A DNA stretch of 32,000 bases from an uncultured Opitutales bacterium (GTDB lineage Bacteria > Verrucomicrobiota > Verrucomicrobiia > Opitutales > Intestinicryptomonadaceae): contig CAKTSY010000004.1 in NCBI GenBank assembly GCA_934613415.1, positions 210,001 through 242,000 of the forward strand. The letters are read 5' to 3'. Positions 1 to 9,270 of this stretch are shown here, piece after piece. Position 1 is the stretch's first letter; every line of letters begins with the position of its first letter. Under the pieces are notes generated by a model. That model saw only the letters and a program-made list of their open reading frames with translations, was not told the DNA's origin and did no database searches. The position numbers and the translations under genes are program-made.

Positions 1-79
1 CCTCGTAGGCGGCAATTATGTTGTATAAGTCCGCCATTACGCAGTCCATATCTACGGCAATGCATTTTCTGTTGTCCAT
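1..79 (-). CDS. Partial CDS (5' end only, continues past the window edge): HAD-superfamily / 5'(3')-deoxyribonucleotidase-like N-terminus
   Basis: A minus-strand ATG at 79 lies 5 nt downstream of the uxaA stop. It translates to MDNRKCIAVDMDCVMADLYNIIAAYE, which carries a DxDxV-type HAD motif I (IAVDMDCV). Only 26 codons are visible. Confidence 0.3.
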   Translation of the reverse strand, partial: MDNRKCIAVDMDCVMADLYNIIAAYE

Positions 80-84
80 AGCTT

Positions 85-1575
85 TTATAATGTTACACCG
101 TTTTTAAAAATTGCAATTTCTTTATAGCCGTTCTGCTCCGACTTTGTCTTTTTGCCGTTGGCTACTTCTACAACAAAATCAAAAAACTCTTTTGCAAGCT
201 CGCAAATGGGCTTGCCGTTGGCTATCTCGCCCGCGTTAAAGTCTATCCAGTTGCGCTTGTTTTCGCTTAGGGGCGTGTTTGTGGCAATTTTTATTGTGGG
301 AACTGCCGCCCCCCATGGAGTGCCCCTGCCCGTGCTAAACAATATAATTTGGCAGCCCGCGGCGGCAAGGGTTGTAGTTGCAACAGGGTCGTTGCCGGGC
401 GAAGTTAAAAGGCTTAGCCCCGCACTTTTTACAAAGTCGCCGTACATAAGAACGTCTCTTACCAAAGCATGCCCGCCCTTTTGCACGCAGCCCAACGATT
501 TTTCCTCTAAAGTGGAAATTCCGCCGTCTCTGTTGCCCGGCGATGGATTTTCGTAGACGGGCATTTTGTACGACATAAAATACTCTTTAAACGAGTTTAT
601 CATTTCCACAATTTTTTCGAATACCTCTTTGTTGCAGGCTCTTTGCATAAGCAGGGTTTCCGCTCCGAACATTTCGGGAACTTCGGTTAGCACGCACGAA
701 GCCCCCCTGGTTATCGCCATATCCGAAAACGCGCCTATAAGCGGGTTTGCAGTAATGCCCGAAAACCCGTCGGACCCCCCGCACTTAAGTCCAATAGAAA
801 GCTTTGAAAGCGGCAACTGCGTGCGCGAATCTTCCTTCATCTTCAACGCCAAGCCCTTTAAAATTTCAAGGCCTTGGGCAACTTCGTCGGAAAAGTCTTG
901 AGCTTGCATAAAGCAGATTCTGTCGGAATCGTAATCGCCCAAAAATTCTTTGAATTTAGAAAGCCTGTTGTTTTCGCAGCCAAGCCCCAAAACGAGAACG
1001 CCGCCCGCATTGGGGTGCAACGCCAAACCCCTTAAAATTTTGCGTGTGTTTTCGTGGTCGCAACCAAGCTGCGAGCAGCCGTAGGTGTGCGGAATTGCAA
1101 AAACCCCGTCGGTATATTTTGCGTATTCGGTTTTAGAAAATTCGGCGGCCATTTTTTGGGCAACCGCATTTACGCACGAAACCGTAGGGATAATCCACAA
1201 CTCGTTTCTTACGCCCGCCTTGCCGTTTTTGCGCAAATAGCCGTTAAAGGTTGCATGTTCGGTTGCGTCTTTTATGCTGCAACTTTTTACGGGGTTATAT
1301 GTATAGCTTAAAAGCTCGCCTAGCGCCGTTTTTATGTTGCGGTCGCTAACCCAGTCGCCGCAGGCAATGTCGCACTGGGCTACGCCTATTGTGTGCCCGT
1401 ATTTTACAATTTCTTCGCCCTTTTTTAGGTTTTTTAGCGCAACCTTGTGCCCGAATGGAACATCGCACAATACCGTAATGGCAATTCCGCCAACTTCAAA
1501 GCTTTCGCCCTTTTTAAGCGGCTTTAGGGCTACTGCAACATTGTCGGCACTGTTTATCTGAAGCAATTTAGACAT
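85..1575 (-). CDS. uxaA: Altronate dehydratase (UxaA/GarD family, SAF domain N-terminus)
   Basis: The 496-aa ORF has a typical N-terminal SAF domain (INSADNVAVALKPLKKGE) and a length close to E. coli UxaA. It sits immediately downstream of uxaB with a 5-nt gap. Confidence 0.85.
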   Translation of the reverse strand: MSKLLQINSADNVAVALKPLKKGESFEVGGIAITVLCDVPFGHKVALKNLKKGEEIVKYGHTIGVAQCDIACGDWVSDRNIKTALGELLSYTYNPVKSCSIKDATEHATFNGYLRKNGKAGVRNELWIIPTVSCVNAVAQKMAAEFSKTEYAKYTDGVFAIPHTYGCSQLGCDHENTRKILRGLALHPNAGGVLVLGLGCENNRLSKFKEFLGDYDSDRICFMQAQDFSDEVAQGLEILKGLALKMKEDSRTQLPLSKLSIGLKCGGSDGFSGITANPLIGAFSDMAITRGASCVLTEVPEMFGAETLLMQRACNKEVFEKIVEMINSFKEYFMSYKMPVYENPSPGNRDGGISTLEEKSLGCVQKGGHALVRDVLMYGDFVKSAGLSLLTSPGNDPVATTTLAAAGCQIILFSTGRGTPWGAAVPTIKIATNTPLSENKRNWIDFNAGEIANGKPICELAKEFFDFVVEVANGKKTKSEQNGYKEIAIFKNGVTL

Positions 1576-1580
1576 ATCCG

Positions 1581-2984
1581 TTAAAAAAACTTTTTTAAAG
1601 ATTCCAAAACGCCGATTTCCTTTACCGATTCCGCATACTTTTGCGAAAGCTCTTTAAAGCCGTCTATGGCAAACAGGCTTTCGGTATAGATTTCTTTTGA
1701 ATCGAAAAGAATTGCCGCAAATTTAAGAAAATCGCTTTCGGTTTTCAGGGCTTCGGGCGCATTAAGCGGCAGCAAAGACCTGTCGGCAAAGGCGAGAGAG
1801 GCGTTTGCAACCAATCCGAATACGCATCTTTCGGGCAAAACGCCCTTTCTTTTTGCAAACTCTCTAAGCGGGGGAACAACCCTTACCGCGGTTTTCGAAA
1901 TGGCGTTTGAACTAATCGCCTTTAGCTGGTGTTTCAAATACGGGTTTTTAAATCTTTCCAAAACGGAATTTGCGTAGGCTGTTTTGCCTTTAATGTCTAA
2001 ATCTAAAGTTTCCAAAAGCTCGCCAAAAATGCAGTCTTGTATAAACTTGCCCAAAACGGGATGCAACAAGGCGTCCATTACTGTTTTTACATTCATCTGC
2101 AAACCCGTTGCAGCCATTATTGTGTGGGGAGCATTAAGCAAGGTTACCTTTTGCGCCCTGTATAGGGAAATGTCGTTTGTAAACACAACGTTTAGGCCGC
2201 ATTTTTCGAATGGAATTTCGTTACGGACAAACTCGGGGGCTTGAATTGCCCACAAATAATAGGGCTCGGCAACAACCGCCAAATTGTCGGAATATTCCCA
2301 AATTTGCTCTAAAGCCGCGGCAATGTGGGCGGGATAACCGCTTACAATGCGGTCTACCAAAGTGTTGCAAAATGCGCACGAATTTTCAAGCCAAGCGGCA
2401 AAGCCTTCGTGCAAGTTCCACAACTTTGCATACTTTAAAACGCACGCCTTCAACGCGTCGCCGTTTTTTTCGATAAGTTCGCAAGGCAAAACAATTATGC
2501 CCTTTTTTGTGTCGCCCTTAAAAAAGCTGTAGCGTTCAAACAAAAGCTTTGCAAGTTTTGCGGGGAATGTGCTGGGCGGCTCGTCGCTTAGCTTATCGCT
2601 TTCGCAAAAGGCAATGCCCGCCTCGGTGCTGTTCGAAATAACTATGCGCCAATCTTCTGACTTTGCAAAGGCGGCAAATTCGGCGTAGTTTTCGTAGGGG
2701 TTAAGGGCTTTTGTTATGCTGTTTATCGGCAAACATTCGGTTGTTATTGCGCCGTTTTTTAGTCCCTGAACTACAAGCGTGTAAAGGCAGTTTTGCATCG
2801 CCAATTTTGCAACCGAGCCGCTCTTTCGCAAATTGCACGCGCACACCGCCGAATTAAAACCGCAACTGCGGTTCATTTCAAAAACCATATAGTCGGCAAA
2901 AGCTCTTAAAAAATTGCCTTCGCCAAATTGCAAAATCCTTACGGGGCGTTGTTGCACACTAACTGCGTCTTTAATGTTTAGCAT
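1581..2984 (-). CDS. uxaB: Tagaturonate reductase / altronate oxidoreductase (mannitol dehydrogenase family)
   Basis: The 467-aa ORF has the N-terminal ILQFGEGNFLRAF dinucleotide-binding motif typical of UxaB. It is adjacent to uxaA. Confidence 0.85.
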   Translation of the reverse strand: MLNIKDAVSVQQRPVRILQFGEGNFLRAFADYMVFEMNRSCGFNSAVCACNLRKSGSVAKLAMQNCLYTLVVQGLKNGAITTECLPINSITKALNPYENYAEFAAFAKSEDWRIVISNSTEAGIAFCESDKLSDEPPSTFPAKLAKLLFERYSFFKGDTKKGIIVLPCELIEKNGDALKACVLKYAKLWNLHEGFAAWLENSCAFCNTLVDRIVSGYPAHIAAALEQIWEYSDNLAVVAEPYYLWAIQAPEFVRNEIPFEKCGLNVVFTNDISLYRAQKVTLLNAPHTIMAATGLQMNVKTVMDALLHPVLGKFIQDCIFGELLETLDLDIKGKTAYANSVLERFKNPYLKHQLKAISSNAISKTAVRVVPPLREFAKRKGVLPERCVFGLVANASLAFADRSLLPLNAPEALKTESDFLKFAAILFDSKEIYTESLFAIDGFKELSQKYAESVKEIGVLESLKKFF

Positions 2985-3023
2985 AGTAAAAATCCAATAT
3001 TTTAGTTAAAAATTTAAAAATAA

Positions 3024-3051
3024 AATATATAAGTTTGGCTAAGTTCGTCAA
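3024..3051 (-). promoter_or_regulatory. Candidate sigma70-type promoter for uxaB-uxaA
   Basis: On the minus strand: TTGACG (3051-3046), a 16-nt spacer, then TATATT (3029-3024), about 40 nt upstream of the uxaB ATG. The spacer contains the 14-mer ACTTAGCCAAACTT described in the findings. Confidence 0.35.
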
Positions 3052-3100
3052 TTTCATTTGCCAAAAATTTTTGTGCAGATTCTCAACATAAAAACGGCGC

Positions 3101-3133
3101 AAAAAAAAGCCGCCCCATTTGCAAAGGAGCGGC
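3101..3133 (-). terminator. Rho-independent terminator downstream of glyQS
   Basis: A GC-rich hairpin pairs gccgcccc (3109-3116) with ggagcggc (3126-3133), including one G-U pair. On the minus strand it is followed by a U-tract from A8 at 3101-3108. A T8 run also follows on the plus strand. Confidence 0.7.
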
Positions 3134-3160
3134 AATTTTTTTTAGACAAAACTCCGAAAC

Positions 3161-4666
3161 TTATCTGCCGATTTTCTCGCGCATAAAGTCTACCAACTCG
3201 TCTTCCGACATACGAACCTGTTTTGTGGTATCGCGGTCTCTAACGGTTACGGTGCCGTCTTTTTCTATTGTGTCGAAGTCTATCGTAATGCCGAAAGGCG
3301 TGCCGATTTCGTCCTGACGGCGGTAGCGTTTGCCTATTGCGCCGCTTGCGTCGAAAAATACGTTCCAGTAGCGCTGAAGCTTTTTGTATAGCTTGTAGGC
3401 TCTGTCGTAGATTTCGGGCTTGTTCTTAAGCAGCGGGAATATTGCGGCCTTATACGGCGCAATTCTCGGGTGAAGCTTTAAAACAATTCTCTTTTCGGGA
3501 ACGCCCTTTTCGTTCGGAACTTCGTCTTCGCAGTAGGCCGCGGTCATAACGGCAAGGAAAGTTCTGTCTACACCAAGCGAAGGCTCTATAACGTGCGGCA
3601 AATACTTTTCCTTTCTTTCCTCGTCGAAATATTCAAGGTTTTTGCCCGAGGCGTTTTGGTGCTGGGTTAGGTCGAAATTGCCGCGTACGGCAATGCCCTG
3701 CAATTCCTGCAAGCCGTGCGGGAAGTGGAATGTAATGTCGGTGCAGGCCTTTGCGTAGTGAGCCAACTTTTCCTTCGGGTGCACGTCTTCTGCCAAAGAT
3801 TCGGCGGGAATGCCAATCGAAACAAACCAGTTTTTGCAGTAGTCTATCCACGACCTGTGCAGCTTTTGCCAATCTTCGTAGGGAGAAATGAAATATTCAA
3901 TTTCCATTTGCTCGAATTCGCGGCTTCTGAAAATGAAGTTGCGTGGCGTAATTTCGTTTCTGAAAGCCTTGCCTATTTGCGCAATACCGAAGGGCAGCTT
4001 TACGCGGCTTGTGTCTACAATATTCTTAAATTCCGCAAAAATGCCCTGCGCGGTTTCGGGGCGCAAATATGCAACGGCAGTTTCGTCCCTTAAAGCGCCT
4101 ATGTATGTTTGGAACATCAGGTTAAAATCGCGCGGGGGGGTAAGCGAGCCCGCCTTGCCTGTTGCTGGGCTGGGAATCAATACATATTCTTCGGGCTTTG
4201 CGTCCATATAGTTCTTTAAAACCACGGGCTCTAAAGTGCCCTGCTTTGCCAAGTGGCGTTTTAAAGATTCGGCCTTTTTGTCGGCCTCTTTTTGCATATT
4301 TTCGTCTTCCAAAACGCTTACATAGCCTATAACTTCGCCGTCTACCTTAACTTGGGCAAAGAAAATCTGGTCGGCGCGAAAGCGCATTTTAGATTCCTTG
4401 CAGTCTACCATAGGGTCGGAAAAGCCTGCAACGTGCCCCGAAGCCCTCCAAATGTCGGGGTGCATAATAATAGACGAATCCAAGCCAACCATATCGTCTC
4501 TTAAATGCACAAAATCTTGCCACCAAGCGGCCTTTATGTTGTTTTTAAGCTCTACACCCAAGGGGCCGTAGTCGAAAAAACCGTTGCAGCCGCCGTAAAT
4601 TTCCGACGATCTAAATATAAAACCCCTTCTCTTGCAAAGGGCTTCGATAGTACCCATATCTACCAT
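3161..4666 (-). CDS. glyQS: Glycine--tRNA ligase, homodimeric class II (GlyQS type)
   Basis: The 501-aa ORF carries conserved GlyRS N-terminal blocks ([33 protein letters not shown]) and a C-terminal anticodon-binding domain. The start may instead be the second Met, 3 codons in. Confidence 0.92.
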   Translation of the reverse strand: MVDMGTIEALCKRRGFIFRSSEIYGGCNGFFDYGPLGVELKNNIKAAWWQDFVHLRDDMVGLDSSIIMHPDIWRASGHVAGFSDPMVDCKESKMRFRADQIFFAQVKVDGEVIGYVSVLEDENMQKEADKKAESLKRHLAKQGTLEPVVLKNYMDAKPEEYVLIPSPATGKAGSLTPPRDFNLMFQTYIGALRDETAVAYLRPETAQGIFAEFKNIVDTSRVKLPFGIAQIGKAFRNEITPRNFIFRSREFEQMEIEYFISPYEDWQKLHRSWIDYCKNWFVSIGIPAESLAEDVHPKEKLAHYAKACTDITFHFPHGLQELQGIAVRGNFDLTQHQNASGKNLEYFDEERKEKYLPHVIEPSLGVDRTFLAVMTAAYCEDEVPNEKGVPEKRIVLKLHPRIAPYKAAIFPLLKNKPEIYDRAYKLYKKLQRYWNVFFDASGAIGKRYRRQDEIGTPFGITIDFDTIEKDGTVTVRDRDTTKQVRMSEDELVDFMREKIGR

Positions 4667-4700
4667 AATATTGCCTTCTTATAAAATTTATAAAGTGCAG

Positions 4701-4730
4701 AATTTAACCGCTTGTTGTGCTAATTGTCAA
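4701..4730 (-). promoter_or_regulatory. Candidate promoter for glyQS
   Basis: On the minus strand: TTGACA (4730-4725), a 17-18 nt spacer, then TTAAAT/TAAATT (4707-4701). An AAGAAGG Shine-Dalgarno lies just upstream of the ATG at 4666. Confidence 0.4.
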
Positions 4731-4797
4731 GAACGCAAAAAAGCGGGCAGCTTGCATTTTTTAAGCTTTTGCAATACTTAGCCAAACTTGTTTGCTC

Positions 4798-4826
4798 TTG
4801 ACACTTCTTCGGGCAAATTTTTTAAT
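4798..4826 (+). promoter_or_regulatory. Candidate promoter for the TIM-barrel isomerase gene
   Basis: TTGACA (4798-4803), a 17-nt spacer, then TTTAAT (4821-4826). The predicted start site would fall only a few nt before the ATG at 4835, so the leader would be very short or absent. This weakens the call. Confidence 0.3.
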
Positions 4827-4834
4827 TTTCGGAT

Positions 4835-5659
4835 ATGATGAAACTATTTAATATAACTATTATGGTTTTTTTGGCATTGTTTGCTGCCCAAAGCACATTT
4901 GCCGAAAAAGGGAATCGAAAAATTGCCGTGCAAAGCTATTCTTTTAGGCTTTTCACCTACGAAGAACTTGCCCCTATGATGAAATCTATAGGCGTTCAGG
5001 GCTTGGGCTGCTCGGGCGGAATGGAAATCAGCAAAAAGTGGCCAAAGGTAAAATTCGGCCCGGATATGACCGACGAACAAAAGGCCTTTGTGCGCGAAAT
5101 TGCAAAAAAGTACGACTTAAAATTTGTTTCGTACGGCGTTGTAAGCCCACAAAAGGAAGAGCAAGTTGAAAGAATAGCCAAATTTGCAAAAGAAATGGGC
5201 ATAAACACCGTAATTACCGAGTCGCCCGAAAAGCTATTGCCCTGCTGGGAAAAGAATTGCGAAAAATACGGAATAAGAATGGCGATTCACAACCACGCAA
5301 AGGAAGTGAAAAACGGATATTGGAACCCCGAAAAGGTCGCGAAAATGATTGCGCCTTTCAAGCACATATATGCCTGCGCCGACAACGGCCACTGGTCGCG
5401 CGCACAGGTAAAAAGTTTAGACGGATATAACACTTTAAAGGGGCGTTTGGCCGTTATACACTTTAAAGACCAAAAAGAATTCGGCAACCCTCGCAACCAG
5501 CCCGTTGTGTTCGGCACGGGGCAGCTTAACTGCAAAGAGCTTTTAAAGGCTCTCGACGCCCAGGGCTACGACGACTATTTTGTTATAGAATACGAAGCCA
5601 ACTGGGAAAACAATTTGGCGTTGGTACAACGCTGCGCCGAATTTTTAAGGAACAATTAA
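4835..5659 (+). CDS. Sugar phosphate isomerase/epimerase (xylose isomerase-like TIM barrel) with N-terminal signal peptide
   Basis: The 274-aa ORF has a hydrophobic N-terminus ending AAQSTFA/EK. Its IHNH, CADNGHW, HFKD and IEYE blocks are typical of the AP-endonuclease-2/xylose-isomerase-like fold. Confidence 0.6.
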   Translation: MMKLFNITIMVFLALFAAQSTFAEKGNRKIAVQSYSFRLFTYEELAPMMKSIGVQGLGCSGGMEISKKWPKVKFGPDMTDEQKAFVREIAKKYDLKFVSYGVVSPQKEEQVERIAKFAKEMGINTVITESPEKLLPCWEKNCEKYGIRMAIHNHAKEVKNGYWNPEKVAKMIAPFKHIYACADNGHWSRAQVKSLDGYNTLKGRLAVIHFKDQKEFGNPRNQPVVFGTGQLNCKELLKALDAQGYDDYFVIEYEANWENNLALVQRCAEFLRNN

Positions 5660-5684
5660 GCAACTTTTTAACATAACGTTTTGA

Positions 5685-5726
5685 CAAGCCCCGCAGTTTT
5701 AAAGACTATGGGGCTTGCTCTTTTTT
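5685..5726 (+). terminator. Rho-independent terminator after the isomerase gene
   Basis: The stem pairs caagcccc (5685-5692) with ggggcttg (5710-5717), followed by ctcTTTTTT (5718-5726). It overlaps the first ATG of the listed ORF (5725), which argues for the later GH42 start at 5764. Confidence 0.55.
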
Positions 5727-5763
5727 GGGAAGCGCACAACAAAAATCAAATTTACACACTACT

Positions 5764-7860
5764 ATGAATACGGCAAAAAAGCTTTTAGTTTCGGGAATTT
5801 TTTTAATTTCGGCAATAATGTCGGGGTGGGCAACAACGCCGCTTAATTTAGAAACCCCTATTTTTGGCGGGCAGGTTATTATTGAGCCGGGGCAAAGCGA
5901 CGAATATATAGAAACGCTTTTTAAACGCCTAAGCGAAAATAATATGAATGTCTGCCGCATAAGAATGTTCGAATCGTATATGACAAACGACGACGGCACG
6001 CGCGACTATTCGCTCTTCGACAAAGCATTTAAATATGCCGAAAAATACAATGTAAAAATAATAGGTACGTTCTTCCCAAAAACCGATAAAACCGACATAG
6101 GCGGCTGGAAATTCCCCTACGACAACGCCCAGCTAAACTCGTTTGCAAAATTCATAAAAGACGCAAGTTTGCATTTTAAACAATATAAAAGTTTGGCGGC
6201 CTGGGTGCTTATAAACGAACCCGGCGGCAGTTTAAGAAACTGCCCCTTTGTAAACGAAAAATACGCCGAATTTTTAAAGCAAAACCCCGAACCCTACAAG
6301 CTACCAAACGGCAGGCTACAACTAATAAGCTTTTCGCGCGAAAAGTTTGCAAGGCACGCCACAAGCCAAATGCTGCAATGGATTGCAAACGAGGTGAGAA
6401 AATACGACAAATCGGTACACTTGCATGTAAACACCCACGCAATATTTTTCAATGCAACCGAATACGATTTTCCCTTCTGGCGCAGCTTTCTTTCAAGCTT
6501 TGGCGGCTCGGCGCACCCGGGGTTTCACTATGTAGACTTTAGCCAGCAAGACTACACTTTTGCTATTGCAGCCAACAGCGAAATTATAGATTCTGGGGCA
6601 GCCAACGCCCCGTGGTTTATGACCGAAATTCAGGGCGGCAACAATACCTACAGCGCGCAAAAGCCCTATTGCCCCACAAAAGAGGATATAGCAAAATGGC
6701 TTTGGAGCGTTTTGGGCGCAAACGGCAAAGGCGCAATATTTTGGTCTCTTAACCCCCGCGCCTCGGGCTTCGAAGCCGGCGAATGGGCGTTGCTAGACTT
6801 CCAAAACAACCCGTCCGACAGAATGTTTATGGCGGCAAAAGTCGCAAAGTGCGTAAACGAAAATCCGCAAATTTTTAAGTCGCTTAAAAAGGCAAAACAA
6901 AACACAACCCTTGTGTATGTAAAAGAAAGCCTTTGGGCAGAAAACCGCCAAGCCCAAAGCTACGGCAAAAAATTTATATGGCAAAGCATTAACGGCTATT
7001 TTAAAGCTCTTGCCCAAGGCGGCAATGTTCCGGCAATTTCGGCATTCGAAGAGTTCGATTTTTCGAAAAGCAACTATACAAACCAAACCATAATTTTAAC
7101 CCACCAAATTGCGCTTTCCGCCGAGCAGGTTAAAAAGCTTGAAAACTTTGTAGGCAAAGGCGGCAACCTTTTTGTAGATGGCCTTACGGGCTTTTACGAC
7201 CACAATTCGGTATGCACAATGATGACGGGCTTTTTATTGAGGAATTTGTTGGGCGGCCAAATTAGCGAATTTAAAAAGCTAAACAAGCGCGACTATAATA
7301 TAGACTATAACTTTTTTGAAGACGATGGCGAAAATCCCATAACTTTAAGGGGCAACGCTTGGCGCGGAATAATAAAGCCCGATTCTGCAAAAGTTGTCTG
7401 CAAAAAAAATGGCGAAGTTTACGCCACAAAAAACAAGTTTGGGAATGGAACCGCCCTTTGGGTGCCCACAATGCCAAGAAAAGTATACTTTAAATACGAA
7501 GAAGGCATTTTTAACCTGCTTAAACGCACATTCGATATGCCCGAAAACAAAATAACCTTTAAAAACTACGAACAAAACGCAATGCTAAGGCTTATGGAGT
7601 GCAATACGGGGTATCTGGCAATTGTAATAAACAACCAAACAAGCCAAAGTCAGTTCGTCAAAAAAACAAGAACTTCTTTGCTTGGCGGCATTTTTGGCGG
7701 CGAAAACGGCAAAAATGTTTTGCAAAGAAAAATCGAGCTAAAAACCGAGTTAAAGAACCCGAAAATCTTGTTTTCGACAAGCGGCGGCGACTCTATAGAC
7801 GGCAACACGCTAGCGATTTCAGACAACAGCGTTTGCGTTTTATTTTACCCAAAAAACTAG
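5764..7860 (+). CDS. GH42-like glycoside hydrolase (beta-galactosidase family) with signal peptide
   Basis: I moved the start to MNTAKKLLVSGIFLISAIMSGWA, a signal-peptide-like N-terminus. WVLINEPG resembles the acid/base NE motif and WFMTEIQGG the nucleophile Glu context. A central domain (TIILTHQIALSAEQVKKLENFVGKGGNLFVDGLTGFYD) resembles the GH42 trimerisation domain. Confidence 0.65.
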   Translation: MNTAKKLLVSGIFLISAIMSGWATTPLNLETPIFGGQVIIEPGQSDEYIETLFKRLSENNMNVCRIRMFESYMTNDDGTRDYSLFDKAFKYAEKYNVKIIGTFFPKTDKTDIGGWKFPYDNAQLNSFAKFIKDASLHFKQYKSLAAWVLINEPGGSLRNCPFVNEKYAEFLKQNPEPYKLPNGRLQLISFSREKFARHATSQMLQWIANEVRKYDKSVHLHVNTHAIFFNATEYDFPFWRSFLSSFGGSAHPGFHYVDFSQQDYTFAIAANSEIIDSGAANAPWFMTEIQGGNNTYSAQKPYCPTKEDIAKWLWSVLGANGKGAIFWSLNPRASGFEAGEWALLDFQNNPSDRMFMAAKVAKCVNENPQIFKSLKKAKQNTTLVYVKESLWAENRQAQSYGKKFIWQSINGYFKALAQGGNVPAISAFEEFDFSKSNYTNQTIILTHQIALSAEQVKKLENFVGKGGNLFVDGLTGFYDHNSVCTMMTGFLLRNLLGGQISEFKKLNKRDYNIDYNFFEDDGENPITLRGNAWRGIIKPDSAKVVCKKNGEVYATKNKFGNGTALWVPTMPRKVYFKYEEGIFNLLKRTFDMPENKITFKNYEQNAMLRLMECNTGYLAIVINNQTSQSQFVKKTRTSLLGGIFGGENGKNVLQRKIELKTELKNPKILFSTSGGDSIDGNTLAISDNSVCVLFYPKN

Positions 7861-7887
7861 CGCAAAATTGGGTTTTTACACAAAAGC

Positions 7888-7916
7888 TTGGCTGTTTTTT
7901 TAGCCGAGTTTTTTTG
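7888..7916 (+). terminator. Rho-independent terminator after the GH42-like gene
   Basis: A 7-bp stem pairs cttggct (7888-7894) with agccgag (7903-7909), including one G-U pair. A T7 run follows at 7910-7916. Confidence 0.55.
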
Positions 7917-7996
7917 CAAAACAAAGCAAAACGAAACGCCAAAACCACGCATTTTACTAAAAAAATTTTGCCCGAGGCGCAAATTTTCAAAAAAAT

Positions 7997-8029
7997 GCTT
8001 GCAATATTTTTGCGGAAAACTTTTATAAA
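7997..8029 (+). promoter_or_regulatory. Candidate promoter for rpsR (A-tract + GCTTGCA -35 region, TTATAA/TATAAA -10)
   Basis: The sequence is caaaaaaatGCTTGCAAtatttttgcggaaaactTTTATAAAt. TTGCAA lies at 7999-8004 and the -10-like element at 8023-8029, with an 18-19 nt spacer. The start codon is about 22 nt further downstream. Confidence 0.4.
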
Positions 8030-8050
8030 TAGCTTTTACAAATATTTACT

Positions 8051-8236
8051 ATGAGCGAACAACCTAAAAGAAAATCAGCTTCCGAATTAAACTTTACGGA
8101 CACAGAGGCTCTCAGCCGCTATGTTACCGAAACAGGCAAAATCCTCCCCCGTAAATTTACAGGCCTTACAGCCAAAGAGCAGCGCCACATTAAGAAGAGC
8201 GTAAAGCACGCGCGCAATATGCTCTTAATGAAATAG
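8051..8236 (+). CDS. rpsR: 30S ribosomal protein S18
   Basis: The 61-aa ORF contains YVTETGKILPRKFTGLTAKEQRHIKKSVKHARNMLLM, which matches the conserved S18 core. Confidence 0.9.
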   Translation: MSEQPKRKSASELNFTDTEALSRYVTETGKILPRKFTGLTAKEQRHIKKSVKHARNMLLMK

Positions 8237-8257
8237 GGCTTTTTACGCAATATAGCA

Positions 8258-9241
8258 ATGGGTTTAAAAGGCGACAACGCTTTTGCAAATCCGTCTAACA
8301 TCGAGCTGTCTGAAGATATACTTAAGGCGGCTCGTATTATTTTAGACGGCGACTGCGTTGCCGTGCCAACCGAAACGGTGTATGGGCTTGCGGCAAACGC
8401 CTATAACGAAAACGCCTGCCGCAAAATTTTTGAAATAAAAAACCGCCCTTTTATAGACCCTTTAATTGTTCACGTTTCGGATATGGCAATGGCCGAAAGC
8501 ATTGCCTACTTTAACGACAAAGCCCGCAAGCTAGCCGAAAGGTTTTGGCCTGGGCCAATGACAATTGTCTTAAAGAAAAAAAACGTAATCCCCGATTTGG
8601 TTTCGGCAAATCTCGACACGGTTGCAATAAGAATGCCGTCGCACAAAATAGCGCACGCTTTAATTGTGGCATCTAAAGTGCCCTTTGCAGCCCCAAGTGC
8701 AAACCCGTTCGGCTATGTAAGCCCCACAAAGGCAGAACACGTACGCGCCCAGCTGGGCGACAAAATAAAGCTTATTTTAGAGGGCGGGCAATGCGACAGG
8801 GGGTTGGAATCTACCATAATTTCGTTGGCAGACCCTAATAAACCCCTGCTTTTGCGCTTTGGGCCTTTGTCAAGAGAAGAGCTTGAAGCATTTTTGGGCG
8901 AAAAGGTTGTTGTGCCCGAAAAGAACCCTGCCCAGCCGATAGCCCCGGGAATGATGAAATCGCACTACAGCCCCAAGGCAAACTTTAAGCTGTTCGAAAA
9001 CGAAAGCGAAATTCCCGAAAATTTTGACGGAGCAATTATATTTTTAAAACGTCCGCAAAATCCAAAAAACAACCATTTTTGGCTTTCCGAAGACGGCAAT
9101 TTGGCGGAAGTTGCAAAAAATCTTTACGACCTTATGCGAAATTGCGACAAAAAATATTCTAAAATACTCTGCCAAAAACCCGAAAATTCGGGTGTGGGAG
9201 CCGCAATTAACGACAGACTTATTCGGGCGAGCAAAAAATAA
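8258..9241 (+). CDS. tsaC: L-threonylcarbamoyladenylate synthase (YrdC domain + Sua5 C-terminal domain)
   Basis: The 327-aa ORF has the YrdC motifs VAVPTETVYGLAANA and PFAAPSANPFG, plus a C-terminal Sua5-type extension. Confidence 0.88.
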   Translation: MGLKGDNAFANPSNIELSEDILKAARIILDGDCVAVPTETVYGLAANAYNENACRKIFEIKNRPFIDPLIVHVSDMAMAESIAYFNDKARKLAERFWPGPMTIVLKKKNVIPDLVSANLDTVAIRMPSHKIAHALIVASKVPFAAPSANPFGYVSPTKAEHVRAQLGDKIKLILEGGQCDRGLESTIISLADPNKPLLLRFGPLSREELEAFLGEKVVVPEKNPAQPIAPGMMKSHYSPKANFKLFENESEIPENFDGAIIFLKRPQNPKNNHFWLSEDGNLAEVAKNLYDLMRNCDKKYSKILCQKPENSGVGAAINDRLIRASKK

Positions 9242-9270
9242 AAAAATTATGGGGCTTTTTTGCAAAAAAA

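Noticed and set aside
4667-4834. Possible T-box or other leader upstream of glyQS
   Set aside because: The whole intergenic region is 168 nt and also has to house the divergent promoter. I found no specifier-loop/antiterminator architecture or T-box consensus.
7599-8054. A 151-aa Lys/Arg-rich plus-strand ORF bridging the GH42 3' end and the rpsR start
   Set aside because: It is out of frame with the well-supported GH42 coding region and runs through that gene's terminator and the rpsR promoter region. Its composition reflects A-rich intergenic DNA.
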